Both the position numbers and the translations under genes were made by a program. Below the pieces are notes generated by a model. The model was not told where the DNA came from. It did not search any database and saw nothing but the letters and a program-made list of their open reading frames with translations. From Eledone cirrhosa (taxonomy: Eukaryota), in NCBI GenBank assembly GCA_964016885.1, contig OZ024754.1, positions 33,170,001 through 33,234,000 of the forward strand: DNA of 64,000 bases, given 5' to 3'. Positions 44,341 to 56,904 of this stretch are shown one piece after another (the stretch's first letter is position 1; each line of letters starts with the position of its first letter).

Positions 44341-45054
44341 AATATCACTATTATAAAAGTTCTGTGCTCTAAGTTTCCATATAATGGTGAAAAAAAAAAG
44401 AAACTGATTTTTAAAAAATAAACAATAAAAATAAAGTTGAAATAAAATAAAATAAAATAAAATAAAATAAAATAAAATAAAATAAAAGCAAGATGAATCT
44501 GATTAGTTACTATAAAGCTAGATACTTATTTCTAAACATTTGCCTGCATATAAAACACGGGAAGAAGGTTTTCAATGGTCGCACTATTGAAGCCGCACTA
44601 CTTATGCTTTTATTTTTTTTTTGGCTTTTTTTTTCTTTACACAACAGACTCTCAGTATGTCTACTAGAGAGACGCCTAACGTTTCCACAAATACAACATA
44701 TATATATAAAAAAAAAAGGAAATATCAAACATAAAGAAAATAACAACCAACGCTCAACCACCGCTGATAATTTTTCTGTTTGCATTTTTATCTGTTTTTT
44801 GTTGTTTTTTGTTTGTTTGTTTTTTTGTTTTTTTTTGTTTTTTTTTGCCAAGTCCTTCAATCCCTTTCGCCGTCCCCCTTTCCTTATTTGCCAGTTAGTC
44901 CATCTTGCACGCCACTTTCCGTTGGAACCCAACCCTTAAACAGAAATTACAAAACTATACTCCCCCTAGCCTTACAAAACCTAGGCAGACCACTTGAGTT
45001 TGGAAGCAAAGTGTGAAAGAGCGATGTTCATACAAACATACTCAGACACACATA

Positions 45055-45093
<39 letters not shown>

Positions 45094-45897
45094 ACACAAA
45101 TATCTATATATATGTATATATACACATATATATACATACATATATATGTCTGAGTGTGTGTTTGTAAACACACAAATGTATTTATTTGCTTGTTTGTGCA
45201 TATGTTTGCGTGTAAATATATGTATGTATATAGATTCACACATGTATACAGGTAGTTTCCTTTTGCAAATAGACTCATTTCTAAATCTAAGTTACTTCCC
45301 ATTTATTTTCAACTTTTCAATAAGATTAACGGAATAATTAGATAGATACGGGACCGGTGTTATCATTAAGGTCAACTAGGCAGCTGACTCTGGGTCGCAC
45401 CTCAGAGAAACTTAAAGGTTCACAGTTTTATACAAATTTGTGTAATTAGCTTAAATATTCAATAATTTCCTGTGATCAAGAAATAATTCATTAAACATCT
45501 TTGCTCTGTAGCTGTGGACTATGTCGTATGGCGTTATAACCTGTAATATGATTTGTCGTGGGTGTGTGTGTACTGTGTAGATGATATTTCAGGTTTAGCA
45601 ATTTTATTTTTTCAGAGCAAGAAGTATCAAAAACTAGGTTCGTCAGCTTAGGAAATTGTAAATAGGAATTATTTAATAATAAGTTGTGCGCATTGTAGAG
45701 CTAGACTAGGGCACTAAATATCCACTGATAGAGACCCTACAAAAATATAAATAAAGGAATAAATAGATAAATGCAATTTTAGTTGTGGTGAATTGAAAAC
45801 CTCATCATCAACCTAATCACGCTTATTTATAATTATCTCGTGATCTTTTTGAAATATTTTAAAAACTTTTATGTATTTACGAGTTTATTTATTGATC

Positions 45898-46081
45898 ATG
45901 GATTGACAGTATCGGTAGAGGGTCGGACGCCATGCTTTCCAGCATAGTTACGTCCCTTTACCATCTGAGTTCAAATCCCGTCGAGGTTGACTTTGCCTTT
46001 CATCCTTACGGGGTCGATAAAATAAAGTACCAGTAATGCACTGGTTAATTGCTGGCCTTGTGCCTAAAGTAGAAAAAATTA
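45898..46081 (+). mobile_element. SINE family 1 copy whose tail hosts a Helitron
   Basis: A/B boxes and body as in other copies; tail AGAAAAAATTA is interrupted at 46081. Confidence 0.9.
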
Positions 46082-46525
46082 TCTATATATTACTAAAATG
46101 TTGTGATTGCTTGCGTCCTTGCTTGTCTGTAATGTAATACAGCCAAAACGGTGCATAATGGGAAAATACTTTGAAAGAAAGTTGACCCTGAAATGGGAAT
46201 ACAAATAGAATAAAACAAGTTTCGCGTAAATCGAAGCACGGGTTCCCGAGATATGGGGTTTTTGGGGTACCTTCATAAACAGAGCGAGAGAAGGATAGAG
46301 AGAAAGAGATAGTGGTTGTGAGAGAGGAGATTGAAAGAGAGACATAGAGAGAGGGAGAGGAGACAGAGAAGGAGAATGGAAGAGAGAGAGAGAGAGAGAG
46401 AGGGGGAGAAGGAGAATGGTGGTGTTGTGTATATGTATACGTGAGTGTGTGTGTATATATATATATGTGTGTGTGTGTATATGTGTATGTATCTATGACC
46501 AGTGTATATAGATCACGGACACCCA

Positions 46526-46589
<64 letters not shown>

Positions 46590-46596
46590 TATACAA

Positions 46597-46677
<81 letters not shown>

Positions 46678-46834
46678 CATACACACACGTATATATATAT
46701 GGGCCTTCCAGTTTCATTTCACATTATATACATGTCTGTGTATATTTTGATTATTTCAAAATTATTTTTAAGTGAACATGATTTTTTTAAATATTTTGAA
46801 GCGAACGTGACCCAACGGGTCACGGGTGGTCTAG
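46082..46834 (+). mobile_element. Complete non-autonomous Helitron
   Basis: A|TCTATATATTACTAAAATG 5' end; hairpin CGTGACCC AAC GGGTCACG (46806-46824) then GGTGGTCTAG|T; no TSD. Confidence 0.85.
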
Positions 46835-47269
46835 TTATATGCATAAGTTTAGAGGCTGATGGCAACTTCTTTTTCGTCTTTAAGGATCTTCACCCTATTT
46901 TATAAGCTATTTTATAGCATCTCTACGCATAAGGACACTATTTTTTTATATTAAATTTATATAAAACTGTGCGGCAGTAAAATTGTGTAATGCACCACCC
47001 ACAGGTTTGCGCCCTATATGTCCATTGCGTTTTTTTTGGTATATCTAGGACTACGATATTTAATATACTCGTCATTTTTAAGGCTGTTGCGTGATGTTTT
47101 TTCAAGCATATTGAGAGATCTAGCAGAGGGCTACTTCAACTCATTCTCACCTTCTATCTTCTACTTTTCTCTCGACTTTCTCATTGAACCCCCCCCCCCC
47201 AATTCACCTTCTCTTTCCGCATCTAACACTCACCACTACTACAACCGCTCACTACCTCTACCTGAACCA

Positions 47270-48092
47270 CGACTACGAACACCATCACCACCACCACCGA
47301 CACCACCACCACAGACAACACCACCACCAACACCACAGACAACACCACCACCACAGACAACACCAACACAACAACAACAACCACCGACACCACCACCACA
47401 CACCCCAACCCACCACCGATATCACCACCACGACCAACTCCAACCCACAACCGCCACCACTACCCCAACCACCGACACCACCACCACAACCATCACCACC
47501 ACAACCACCACCACCACCACTACCACTACAACCCACCAAGCTCCACCCCCCACAACCAACGACAGCACCACCATCACCACAACCACAACCACCGACACCA
47601 CCACCACCACAATCAGCACCACCACCACCACAACCACCGACACCACCACCACCACCACCACTACAACCCACCAAGCTCCACCCCCACAACCAACGACAGC
47701 ACCACCATCACCACAATCACAACCACCGACACCACCACCACCACAATCAGCACCACCACCACCACAACCACCGACACCACCACCTCCACCATCACCACTA
47801 CAACCCACCAAGCTACACCCCCACCCCCCAACCAACGACAGCACCACCATCACCACAACCACCGGCACCACCACCACAACAACAACAACCACCGACACAC
47901 CACCACCGCCACCACAAAAGCGCCACCCCACCCCACCCCACCCCAACCCACCACCTCCACCGACACTACCACCGCCACCAACACCACCGACACCACCACC
48001 ACCACCACACAGCGCCGCCGCCGCCACCGGCACCCCCACCACTACCACCCCCACCACCACAACCACCACCACCACCACCACCACCACCACCA
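47270..48092. repeat. Degenerate (CAC/ACC)n low-complexity tract with internal ~130-bp duplications
   Basis: ACTACAACCCACCAAGCT.CACCCC..ACCAACGACAGCACCACCATCACCACAA recurs three times. Confidence 0.9.
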
Positions 48093-48534
48093 GCCACTAT
48101 ATTTACTCCCAACACTACCAGCTAAACCAGCAGGGTTTTTGTTTGTTTGTTTGCTCATATAGCCTGTATAGAGAGGACTGTGACAAAAGTCCGCCAAAGG
48201 CAGTATATGTTTATAATGTCTTTGATGGAAGCTGTACACATCTTGATATATTCATTGTATCTATTCATTGCCTGTCAGACGTTGATTTTATTGACTAGAT
48301 TTAGTTATTCCACTAACAACAAGCGATTCACACTCGACTACAACAACAATTACACAGAAAAGGTTCGTATATAAATGACAAAAAAATAAAAACCTAAAAT
48401 AATAATAACATGAAATAAAGAGAGGTAGTGTAAGTAAAATACAAATTACTGTTCCCGTCCAGTCTATTATCATTTTACTCCCGTGTAAATGTATACGTAT
48501 TTGAGTATAATACCCCTCCCCCATCATACACACA

Positions 48535-48623
<89 letters not shown>

Positions 48624-48715
48624 ACACAAATGCATACGCATACAACCATATGTAAATATACATGTATATTTTACATAAACAAACCACCAAAATACCTATA
48701 CATATATGCATGTGC

Positions 48716-48778
<63 letters not shown>

Positions 48779-48782
<4 letters not shown>

Positions 48783-48906
48783 AACAAGTATGACCCCGAC
48801 GGCAGAGCTCAAGCCGTTTCGACGGCTAATTCTGGACTGCTACCTAAGTATTGAGTATTTTGGTACGTTATGGTCCATCTGGTTCCTTACCACATTTCCT
48901 TCGTTA
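48779..48906 (+). mobile_element. Family E element, inverted arm joined directly to tail
   Basis: GGAACAAGTATGACCCCGACGGCAGAGCTCAAGCCGTTTCGACGGCTAATTCTGGACT|GCTACCTAAGTATTGAGTA.. Confidence 0.85.
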
Positions 48907-49014
48907 TATATAGATATATATATACATGTGTGTATGAATAAATATATATATACATATGTTGATTTAAAACTGCACTATTCACAAGTGTTTTTTAACCTTC
49001 ATATCATGTCTTCC

Positions 49015-49085
49015 TATTTTATCTGATGAAAACACAAATGTTATTGCATGATGATATTTGTTTTTGAAATGCGCATAATAAAATA
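49015..49085 (+). ncRNA. Minimal type-I hammerhead ribozyme motif
   Basis: TATTTTAT-CTGATGA(49023-29)-AAA C ACAAATG..TATTTGT T TTT-GAAA(49066-69)-TGCGCA-TA-ATAAAATA: perfect stem I and palindromic stem III. Confidence 0.85.
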
Positions 49086-49232
49086 CATGTAACTCTTTTA
49101 ACCATCTTTTGATCTTATATATTATGTATAATCCAGTCCTACAAACTGTAGAGTGCTTCTTATCCGATATCTGCATTGCTTTATTGTACTACAATAAAAC
49201 TCCCTCCTACATATATATATATATATATATAT

Positions 49233-49299
49233 AATTAACGATTTAAAATTAAGCGTTGAGACAAGTTTTTTTATCTTCCTTGTGGAGGAGACTGGAAAA

Positions 49300-49369
<70 letters not shown>

Positions 49370-49444
49370 TTTTTTTTCCAGTCTCCTTCTCCACAAGGAA
49401 GATAAAAAAAACTTGTCTCAACGCTTAATTTTAAATCGTTAATT
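49233..49444. repeat. Inverted repeat (about 70-bp arms) enclosing (TA)n
   Basis: AATTAACGATTTAAAATTAAGCGTTGAGACAAG..GGAGACTGGAAAA and its reverse complement. Confidence 0.9.
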
Positions 49445-49490
49445 TTTAGGTTTTAATTCTTATTAATTCTCTTTAATTGTAATACTCAAC

Positions 49491-49532
49491 ATTTGATAAG
49501 ATGAATTTTACTAATACATCGAAACCGGTTAT
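49491..49532 (+). ncRNA. Hammerhead variant with U3-A8 core; stem I largely missing
   Basis: TTGATAA-GATG..CATC-GAAA-CCGG-TT. Confidence 0.45.
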
Positions 49533-49685
49533 ACTTTATATATTTTATATACATTATAAAACTCTTTTTTAAAAGAATTGTCTCTCTCATTTTTTTCAAT
49601 AATGTCACTTTGACGAATCAAAGAAAGAAAAAAGGAAAAACAGACCCTTGAATATATTTCTCGTGCTATTTCCCATTTCACCTTT

Positions 49686-50002
<317 letters not shown>

Positions 50003-50020
50003 TATATATATATATATATA

Positions 50021-50235
50021 TTCATTTATTATGGCTAAGTAGTGAGCCTTGTTACTCAGAGGTTTCACATACACAGTCGCAGGATCATCAGACATGTCTT
50101 ATATGGTGATCTTGCGATTGTGCAGGTGAATCGCCAGAGTAACAAGGCTCACTACTTAGCCATAATAAATGAAAATTAAAACTCTACTACTGCATTGAGT
50201 ACTTTTTCACACATCCCTATATAAGATACTGATGT
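50021..50235 (+). mobile_element. Family D fold-back element; inverted arm carries a hammerhead-like core (50050-50094, minus)
   Basis: TTCATTTATTATGGCTAAGTAGTGAGCCTTGTTACTC is inverted at 50137-50173. Minus strand UGU-CUGAUGA-UCCUGCG..-GAAA-..GAG-UA-ACA. Confidence 0.75.
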
Positions 50236-50321
50236 ATATATTTAGAGAGAGAGAAAGAGAGAGGGGAGGGGGAGAATAATAATAAGGAGTCAGATTTGCA
50301 GCTTGTTATGAAACTTTATTT

Positions 50322-50409
50322 GCATATTACAATTGTTTCGATATCGATCAGCTCGGGTTCGATCAGGCGATCGGATCCTGACTCTTAATCGACACTACTT
50401 CAGATATGC
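50322..50409 (-). ncRNA. Hammerhead-like motif with variant core CUGAAGU and long stem II
   Basis: GCAUAU-CUGAAGU-A-GUGUCGAUUA..UGAUCGAUAU-C-GAAA-CAAUUG-UA-AUAUGC: perfect 6-bp stem I and palindromic stem III. Confidence 0.62.
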
Positions 50410-50497
50410 GAGTTTACATGGGTGGTCCCATCCAAACTTTGGATGATATATATATATATATATTTGTTGAATTACCAACAAATTAAATACCCCTTTG

Positions 50498-50549
<52 letters not shown>

Positions 50550-50576
50550 TTAAGGGTGTCATATCTGAGAGACAAT

Positions 50577-51131
50577 ATCTATCTATCTAAGGCGGGTAAA
50601 ATTCCCGAGATCCATGGACGAGTTCTCTCCAGCGGTCTCTGTCCCTCATTATCGCTGCCATATCCTGCATCTCCAACAGACCAGTGTCTGTCCTTAGGGC
50701 ATCAACATATGTTAACCTTGGTCTTCCTCTTCTAGTGTGTCCATGTAGGGGCTCCCAAAGGAGCACTGAGTGCAAAGTCAACTCTGGATGTCGGTGAGCA
50801 TGTCCAGCCAACCTCAGTCTCCTCTGTGTCACTCTGGCTTTACTGTAGCACCGGCTCAGAGCAGGAGAGTTAGGGCGAAAAAGGTATCGGATGCTGAATT
50901 TGCCGACGACATAGTTTTGGTGACAGATACAGTGAAGGAGGCAGAGGATTTGATGCGGGAGGTTGAGACTGTGTCGATGAGTGTGGGGCTGAGAATGAAT
51001 GAGACTAAAACAAAATATCTGGTAGAGAATGTTGAGAAGCCAGAGGGGATCACTAATGTAGGCGGGAAGCCGCTGGAATTGGTTGAGGACTTCCTGTATT
51101 TGGGAGCAAAGATTGGGAATACGGAAGAGAC
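50577..51131. mobile_element. 5'-inverted, truncated RTE-like LINE: 3' end on minus (50577-50845), RT segment on plus (about 50846-51131)
   Basis: Minus: RRLRLAGHAHRH..LLWEPLHGHTRRGRPRLTYVD..RDRWR* followed by (TAGA)n. Plus: EFADDIVL..GLRMNETKTK..VEDFLYLG. Confidence 0.88.
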
Positions 51132-51919
51132 AATATATACATGTAAATATATCCAAAAAACTGTGATATTCTTTAATACATGTAATATAGCCAGAAAACT
51201 GTGATATCCTTGCATATCTGCGCTCATATATATATTTTATTTCTTATTTTTCCCATCTTTCTGACTGTCACTATCGTTTTCTTTCTTCCTTTCATTTTCC
51301 TCTTTCTTTCTTTCTGTTCGTCCTTTCTAATTTTCTTTCTTTATTTTTCTCTCTTTTCTTCTTTCTTTTCGTTTTCACTTTCGTTCTCTTTCTGCTAATA
51401 TTTCTTCTTTACTTCCTCCATTCCTTTCTTTCCTTTCTTTCTTTTCGTCTTTCTTTACTTCTGTTCGTTATGTCTGACTTTTGCATTTTTTCTTTCTTTT
51501 AATCTTTTTTTTTTTTGTTCTTTCTTTCATTTCTTTTTTTTTTTTTTTTTCATATTATGGAGTAATAACATTTTCAATAAAGCCGTTAAATTAGTAAAAT
51601 GTATCCCACGAGAAAGAGTTATCGGGTGGTGACAAATGTTAATATAAATTAATTGGCTGAAAACCGATACGGGCAGCATCTAATCTTCTTTTAGCATTCA
51701 GTATACAAATACGCCACGTCAGAGGCTAATTATAATTGCAGCCTTCAAGGCAAAATAAAAAGTAAGTGAAAACTTTAACATATTCTAGCCAGTCATTGAA
51801 AATGTGACATAATCGGACACAATAACTTTAAACTCAGCCTAGCAGATAAACTTAACAAATGATATCATATTAAATAAAAGTCTGAACTGGTCTCAAAGTG
51901 TCGACATGAAGATCAGTAT

Positions 51920-52980
51920 CAGATTGACAGTAATCGGTAGAGCGTCGGACGACATGCCTTGCGGCATAGAGTTGCAATGTCTTGGGCCATTGTGGCCAAA
52001 GAGTTACGCCCCTTTACATTATGAGTTCAAATCCCTCCGTGGTTAACTTTGCCTTTCATTATTATGGCGTGCCAGTATTGGTAGAGGGTCGGACGTCATG
52101 CTTTGACGCATAGAGTTACGGCCCTTGCCATTCTGAGTTCAAATCCCGCCGAGGTTAACTTTGCCTTTCATCCTTACAGGATCGATAAAATAAAGTACCA
52201 GTAATGCACTGGTGTAATTGCTGGCCTTGTGCCTAACGTAGAAACAATTGTTATGGCGGTGGATTGGCAGTATCGGTAGAGGGTCGGACGCCATGCTTTG
52301 CAGCATAGAGTTACGGCCCTTTATGATCTGAGTTCAAATCTCGCCGACTTTAATTTTGCCTTTCATCCTTACGGGGTCGATAAAATAAAGTACCAGTAAT
52401 ACACTGGGATAATTGCTGGCCTTGAGCCAAATGTAGAAACAATTATTATGGGGTCGATAAAATAAGTACTAGTAATGTACTGGGTAATTGCTGGCCTGGT
52501 GAATTGCAGTATTGGTAGAGGGTCGGACGCTATGCTTTCCAGCATAGTTACCTCCCTTTATGGTCTGAGTTCAAATCCCGTCGAGGTTAACTTTGCCTTT
52601 CATCCTTACGGGGTCGATAAAATAAAGTACCAGAAATGTACTGGGTAATTGCTGGCCTTGTGCCAAGAGTAGAAACAATTATTATGGGGTCGATAAAATA
52701 AAGTACCAGTAGCGTTCTGAGGTCGATTAAATCAACTTTCCCCTCACCGAAAATTGTTTCCCTTGTGCCTAAATCAGAAACAATTATTTATTTTGGATTG
52801 GCAGTATCGGTAGAGGGTTGGACGCCATGCTTTCCAGCATAGTTACGTCCCTTTACAATCTGAGTTCAAATCCCGCCGAGGTTGACTTTGCCTTTCATCC
52901 TTACGGGGTCGATAAAATAAAGTACCAGTAATGAACTGGGTAAATGCTGGCCTTGTGCCAAAAGTAGAAACAATTATTTA
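51920..52980 (+). mobile_element. Head-to-tail array of about 7 full and partial SINE family 1 copies
   Basis: Heads at about 51922, 52072, 52256, 52498, 52794; 3'-only pieces at about 52450 and 52686. Confidence 0.93.
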
Positions 52981-53188
52981 TTTACCTAGCCTCAGATAGG
53001 GGTGGGATGGGGGGTACAGTTAATTATATCGATCCAATTATAGACTGGTATTTTCATTTGATAACTTCGGGTAGAGGAAGAATGGAATGTATGGGAACCC
53101 CGAACATATTCGTTCTTCAGACTCTCTAAATATTCAGATAGCCAACAACTAAACCGTAGAAGCCAAACATAGTTATAGTGACATTGGA

Positions 53189-53225
<37 letters not shown>

Positions 53226-53394
53226 GGTGGTCGTCGTGGTCGTGGTCGTGGTCGTGGTCCTGGTGGTTGTAATAGTAGTAGTAGTAGTGGTGGTGGTGGT
53301 CGTGGTCGTGGTGGTGGTCCTGGTGGTTTTAATAGTAGTAGTAGTAGTGGTGGTGGTGGTGGTCGTCGTGGTCGTGGTGGTGGTCGTGGTGGTT

Positions 53395-53428
<34 letters not shown>

Positions 53429-53429
53429 C

Positions 53430-53481
<52 letters not shown>

Positions 53482-54615
53482 ATGGTGGTGGTGGTGGTGG
53501 TGGTGGTGGTGGTAGCAGTAGTAGTAGTAGTAGTAGTAGTAGTAGAAGAAGAAGGAGGAAGGTGGAATAGGTGAATTAAGAGTAGGAAAGGTTATGAGCA
53601 TGATTGAGGTAGCAGTGGTAGTGGTGGTAGTGGCGGTGGTGGCGGCGGCGACGTTGTGTTATTGTTGTTTTTTTTGGTGGAGGTGATTGTGGTGGCGGCG
53701 GCGTTGCCGTTGTTTGTGGTGATGGTGGTGGTGGTGGTGGTGTGGGGGTGGGGTGGGGTGGGGGTGAGTGGTGTGGGAGAAGGAATGGGATGGTAGGTGT
53801 TGGGGGGGGGGGGGGTTAGATACACACACGAAACACACACAACGAGTAAAAACGTTTCTTTACAAAACTTGGGTTGGGGTGAGTGTTAGGGTAGGTTAGA
53901 ATTAGGGGGTGGGGCGATGGACCGATAGAAGAAGGGGAGGAGCAGCAAGACAGGGCAACGAAGGGGATAGGAAAGTGAGGATGTGGGGTGAGCGTGATGA
54001 TGATGCTGCTGATAGTGGGGGTCTAGTGGATGGGTGGTTCTTTGGATGGTGGCGGGATGGAGGAAAGGAGTTCGGGTAGGACGGAGAGGAGTAAGGTAGT
54101 ATAGGATGGTGGGTAGGGGAGGGGTAAGTGTAGTGTAGTGGGGGTGGGGGTTAGGGTGGTGTAGAGGGGGTGGATTTGAGTAGTAGACGAAAATTGCGAG
54201 GCGGGGGTCAAACTGCAGGGCGGAAATCTATTGAAAGAATGACCAGAACGACACTAAAGATAAAAATAAAATAAATATAAAAATAAAAATAAAATATAAA
54301 AATAAAAAAAATAAACAGCTAAATAGATAAAAACGATAAAAACGATAAAAACGATAAAAAAAAGATAACAGTTATTCAAAGAAATACTAAACATGGTGTT
54401 GATTAGTTTCATCACTTTTTCTTCTCCTCAATCTCGTTTCTTTTATATTATTTCTTCCATCTTGTTTTTTTTTTCTTTCTTTTCTATTCTTTTATTTATT
54501 TAGTTCATCTTTTTTTTATATTTTCTTTATTTTCCTTTCCTTTCTTTCCATTCTTACACATTCTTTTATACTCTAATAATACTACAGCATTTCACTTCGT
54601 TACAGTATTCTATTA

Positions 54616-54673
<58 letters not shown>

Positions 54674-55147
54674 TGCTCTCTCTATCTTTCTCTCTCTCTC
54701 TCCCTCCATCTCTCTCCCTCTTCCTTTCCCTGTCTCTCGCTAGCCCCTCCCCCTCTCTCTCTGTTTGTCTGTCGTCTCTAATCCCTTACTCCTCAATACT
54801 TAAACACACACAAATACATACACGTGTATGAATTTGTAAGATTAGATTGTACATTCAAAGTGTATAATACATAGTAAAAGTGTATATTATATTCAGATAT
54901 ATATTTAGTTTTACGCTAAGCAGCTGAAGGATATAATAAAGTTATTTCTGTATATATACAGAATAGACATAACCACGACTATGGAAATGTGTAGATAAAT
55001 TCACACATATTTTAGTATATTGACATGTGAACACACCAAATATATTATTCTTTCCAATTTGTAGGGAAATACATATATTTCACAGGTTTACATGTCTGTA
55101 TACTAAAACTGTATACATATACATTTACGCAGGTTCGGTAACTTCTG

Positions 55148-55203
<56 letters not shown>

Positions 55204-55354
55204 ATACTTTGGGAGGGTCATGTTGCCAATAAGAAACACACGCACCAGTTGCTTTCACTTCAATTTAATTTAATATATATTTATAAATTTACAAATTTAT
55301 AAATTTCTGGTTGGTTGGTTGGTTCCACAACCAGATAGTTGTTTATATATATAT

Positions 55355-55399
55355 AGTCATAGTTCTTTCGTCACACACTCTGTGACCTCTTCAGTGACT
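55355..55399 (-). ncRNA. Hammerhead in the inverted PLE 3' region
   Basis: Mirror of 58812-58856. Confidence 0.75.
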
Positions 55400-55701
55400 G
55401 GGGATTTCTTTCTTCGTTTCTGTGCCTTTCCTTTCTTCTATCCTACGCCATTTTGTTTGTGTGTGGGTTGCGTGCTCAGTTTGCGCATGCGCCACATCCG
55501 GGTGTCTGTGTGTGTTTGTGTTCATTTTTCTATTTTTCTATTTATATTTGTTTGTTTATTTATTTATTTATTGTTGGTTGGTTGTTTGTTCTATGTGTGT
55601 GTGTGTTTTCATTTTGTCTTGTGTGTGTTTTCATTTTGTGTGTGTTTTCAATTTCAATTGTAAGTTGTTTATATATGTGTGTGTGTGTTTTCATTTTGTC
55701 C

Positions 55702-56904
55702 TTAATTGTAAGTTGTGATGTTGCTGTTCCACTCATATTTTCTATTTAATTTTGGTTTTAATTCTTTTATGCTTACTGCCTCTGTAATTTGCCTAAACAT
55801 TGCGTCTTTCTTGTGTGTGGATTCTATTTTTATTTCTATGCTCTCTAATTTACCCCTGTGTTCTATCTTAGCATGTTGGTAGAGCACAGATGATTCTTTA
55901 CTATCTTGGAGGTCTCGCCAGTGTTCATTTATTCGTTCCCCTATACTACGAGCTGTCTCACCTATGTACACTATATTTTTGTTTCTACATTGTCCCTCAG
56001 TACATCTTATGCTATATACTACATTTCTAGTTTTACAGTTAATATGGGGGCTTATTTTACAGGTTATACATTTCTTATCTATACATGAGGGTCTTTGGAA
56101 CGGGTATGTCTTGCTAATAAGTGTTTTTACGGAGGTACCAGGTCTTTCTACTATCTTAATATTGAGATTATGTTTCTTTAGGGCCCTTCTAAATTTGTAG
56201 GCTAGTTCACCTCTAGGGGTTGTATTGATGAACATTACACTCTGGTATTTATTGCTATCATACCATGAGTTTATTCTATTGGCCTTGTTCTTAGTTCTTT
56301 CTATTCTATTCCAAAATTTGCTCCTATACAAGGGGCAGGTCCCATTTATGTCATTATTTACCATTTTTTCCCATTTGGTTCTGGCTCCTTTATACACTCT
56401 GATTCTATCTCTCTGATTGTAGCCAGAGAACTGCATACGGTGGATGAAGTGTTGTATGTGTCTCTCTAGTTCTTCGGGGTTGCACATGCGGGACACATTT
56501 CTCATCACCCGTATCAAATCCGCAATCAGTATGTTGATTTTGGTATGGTCCGAAATGGCCGAGTTTCGGTGGATCAGATGTTTGGAAGTCATGGGTTTGG
56601 CATAATGGGAATGGAGGATTTGTTTTTGGTTGTTAATAGTATCTAACCAGAGCTCTGTGTCTAGTACAGGTAATCGATGGTTGGGGTGTCTACTTGGGTA
56701 GTCTATAGTAACTCTAATGCTCTGGTGGATGGAGTTTGCTATTTGCTGGATGCTTTCCATTGTGTTTTTCTCAGGTTCCTGACTGTTCTTTAGTGGGGGT
56801 GTCTTAACTACGATGTTTATATCATCTACGTAGCGGGAGTACATTATCAGGGTTAATCTGTCTTCTAATTGTTCTTTAAGTTTTTCTTTAAGTTTTTGTT
56901 TAAG
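55702..56904 (-). CDS. Inverted partial copy of the PLE ORF (RYVDD to C-terminus); not an independent gene
   Basis: The 380-aa translation is identical to the C-terminal 380 aa of ORF 56869-58509. Confidence 0.9.
   Translation of the reverse strand, partial: LKQKLKEKLKEQLEDRLTLIMYSRYVDDINIVVKTPPLKNSQEPEKNTMESIQQIANSIHQSIRVTIDYPSRHPNHRLPVLDTELWLDTINNQKQILHSHYAKPMTSKHLIHRNSAISDHTKINILIADLIRVMRNVSRMCNPEELERHIQHFIHRMQFSGYNQRDRIRVYKGARTKWEKMVNNDINGTCPLYRSKFWNRIERTKNKANRINSWYDSNKYQSVMFINTTPRGELAYKFRRALKKHNLNIKIVERPGTSVKTLISKTYPFQRPSCIDKKCITCKISPHINCKTRNVVYSIRCTEGQCRNKNIVYIGETARSIGERINEHWRDLQDSKESSVLYQHAKIEHRGKLESIEIKIESTHKKDAMFRQITEAVSIKELKPKLNRKYEWNSNITTYN

Noticed and set aside
47018-48298. 426-aa Thr/Pro-rich mucin-like ORF with hydrophobic N-terminus
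   Set aside because: The core is a (CAC)n tract open in several frames; similar tracts recur in the window. It cannot be supported as a gene without expression data.
56869-56904. N-terminus MFFKFFFKFLFK of the 546-aa ORF
   Set aside because: Derived from the antisense inverted arm at the junction, not the real PLE start.
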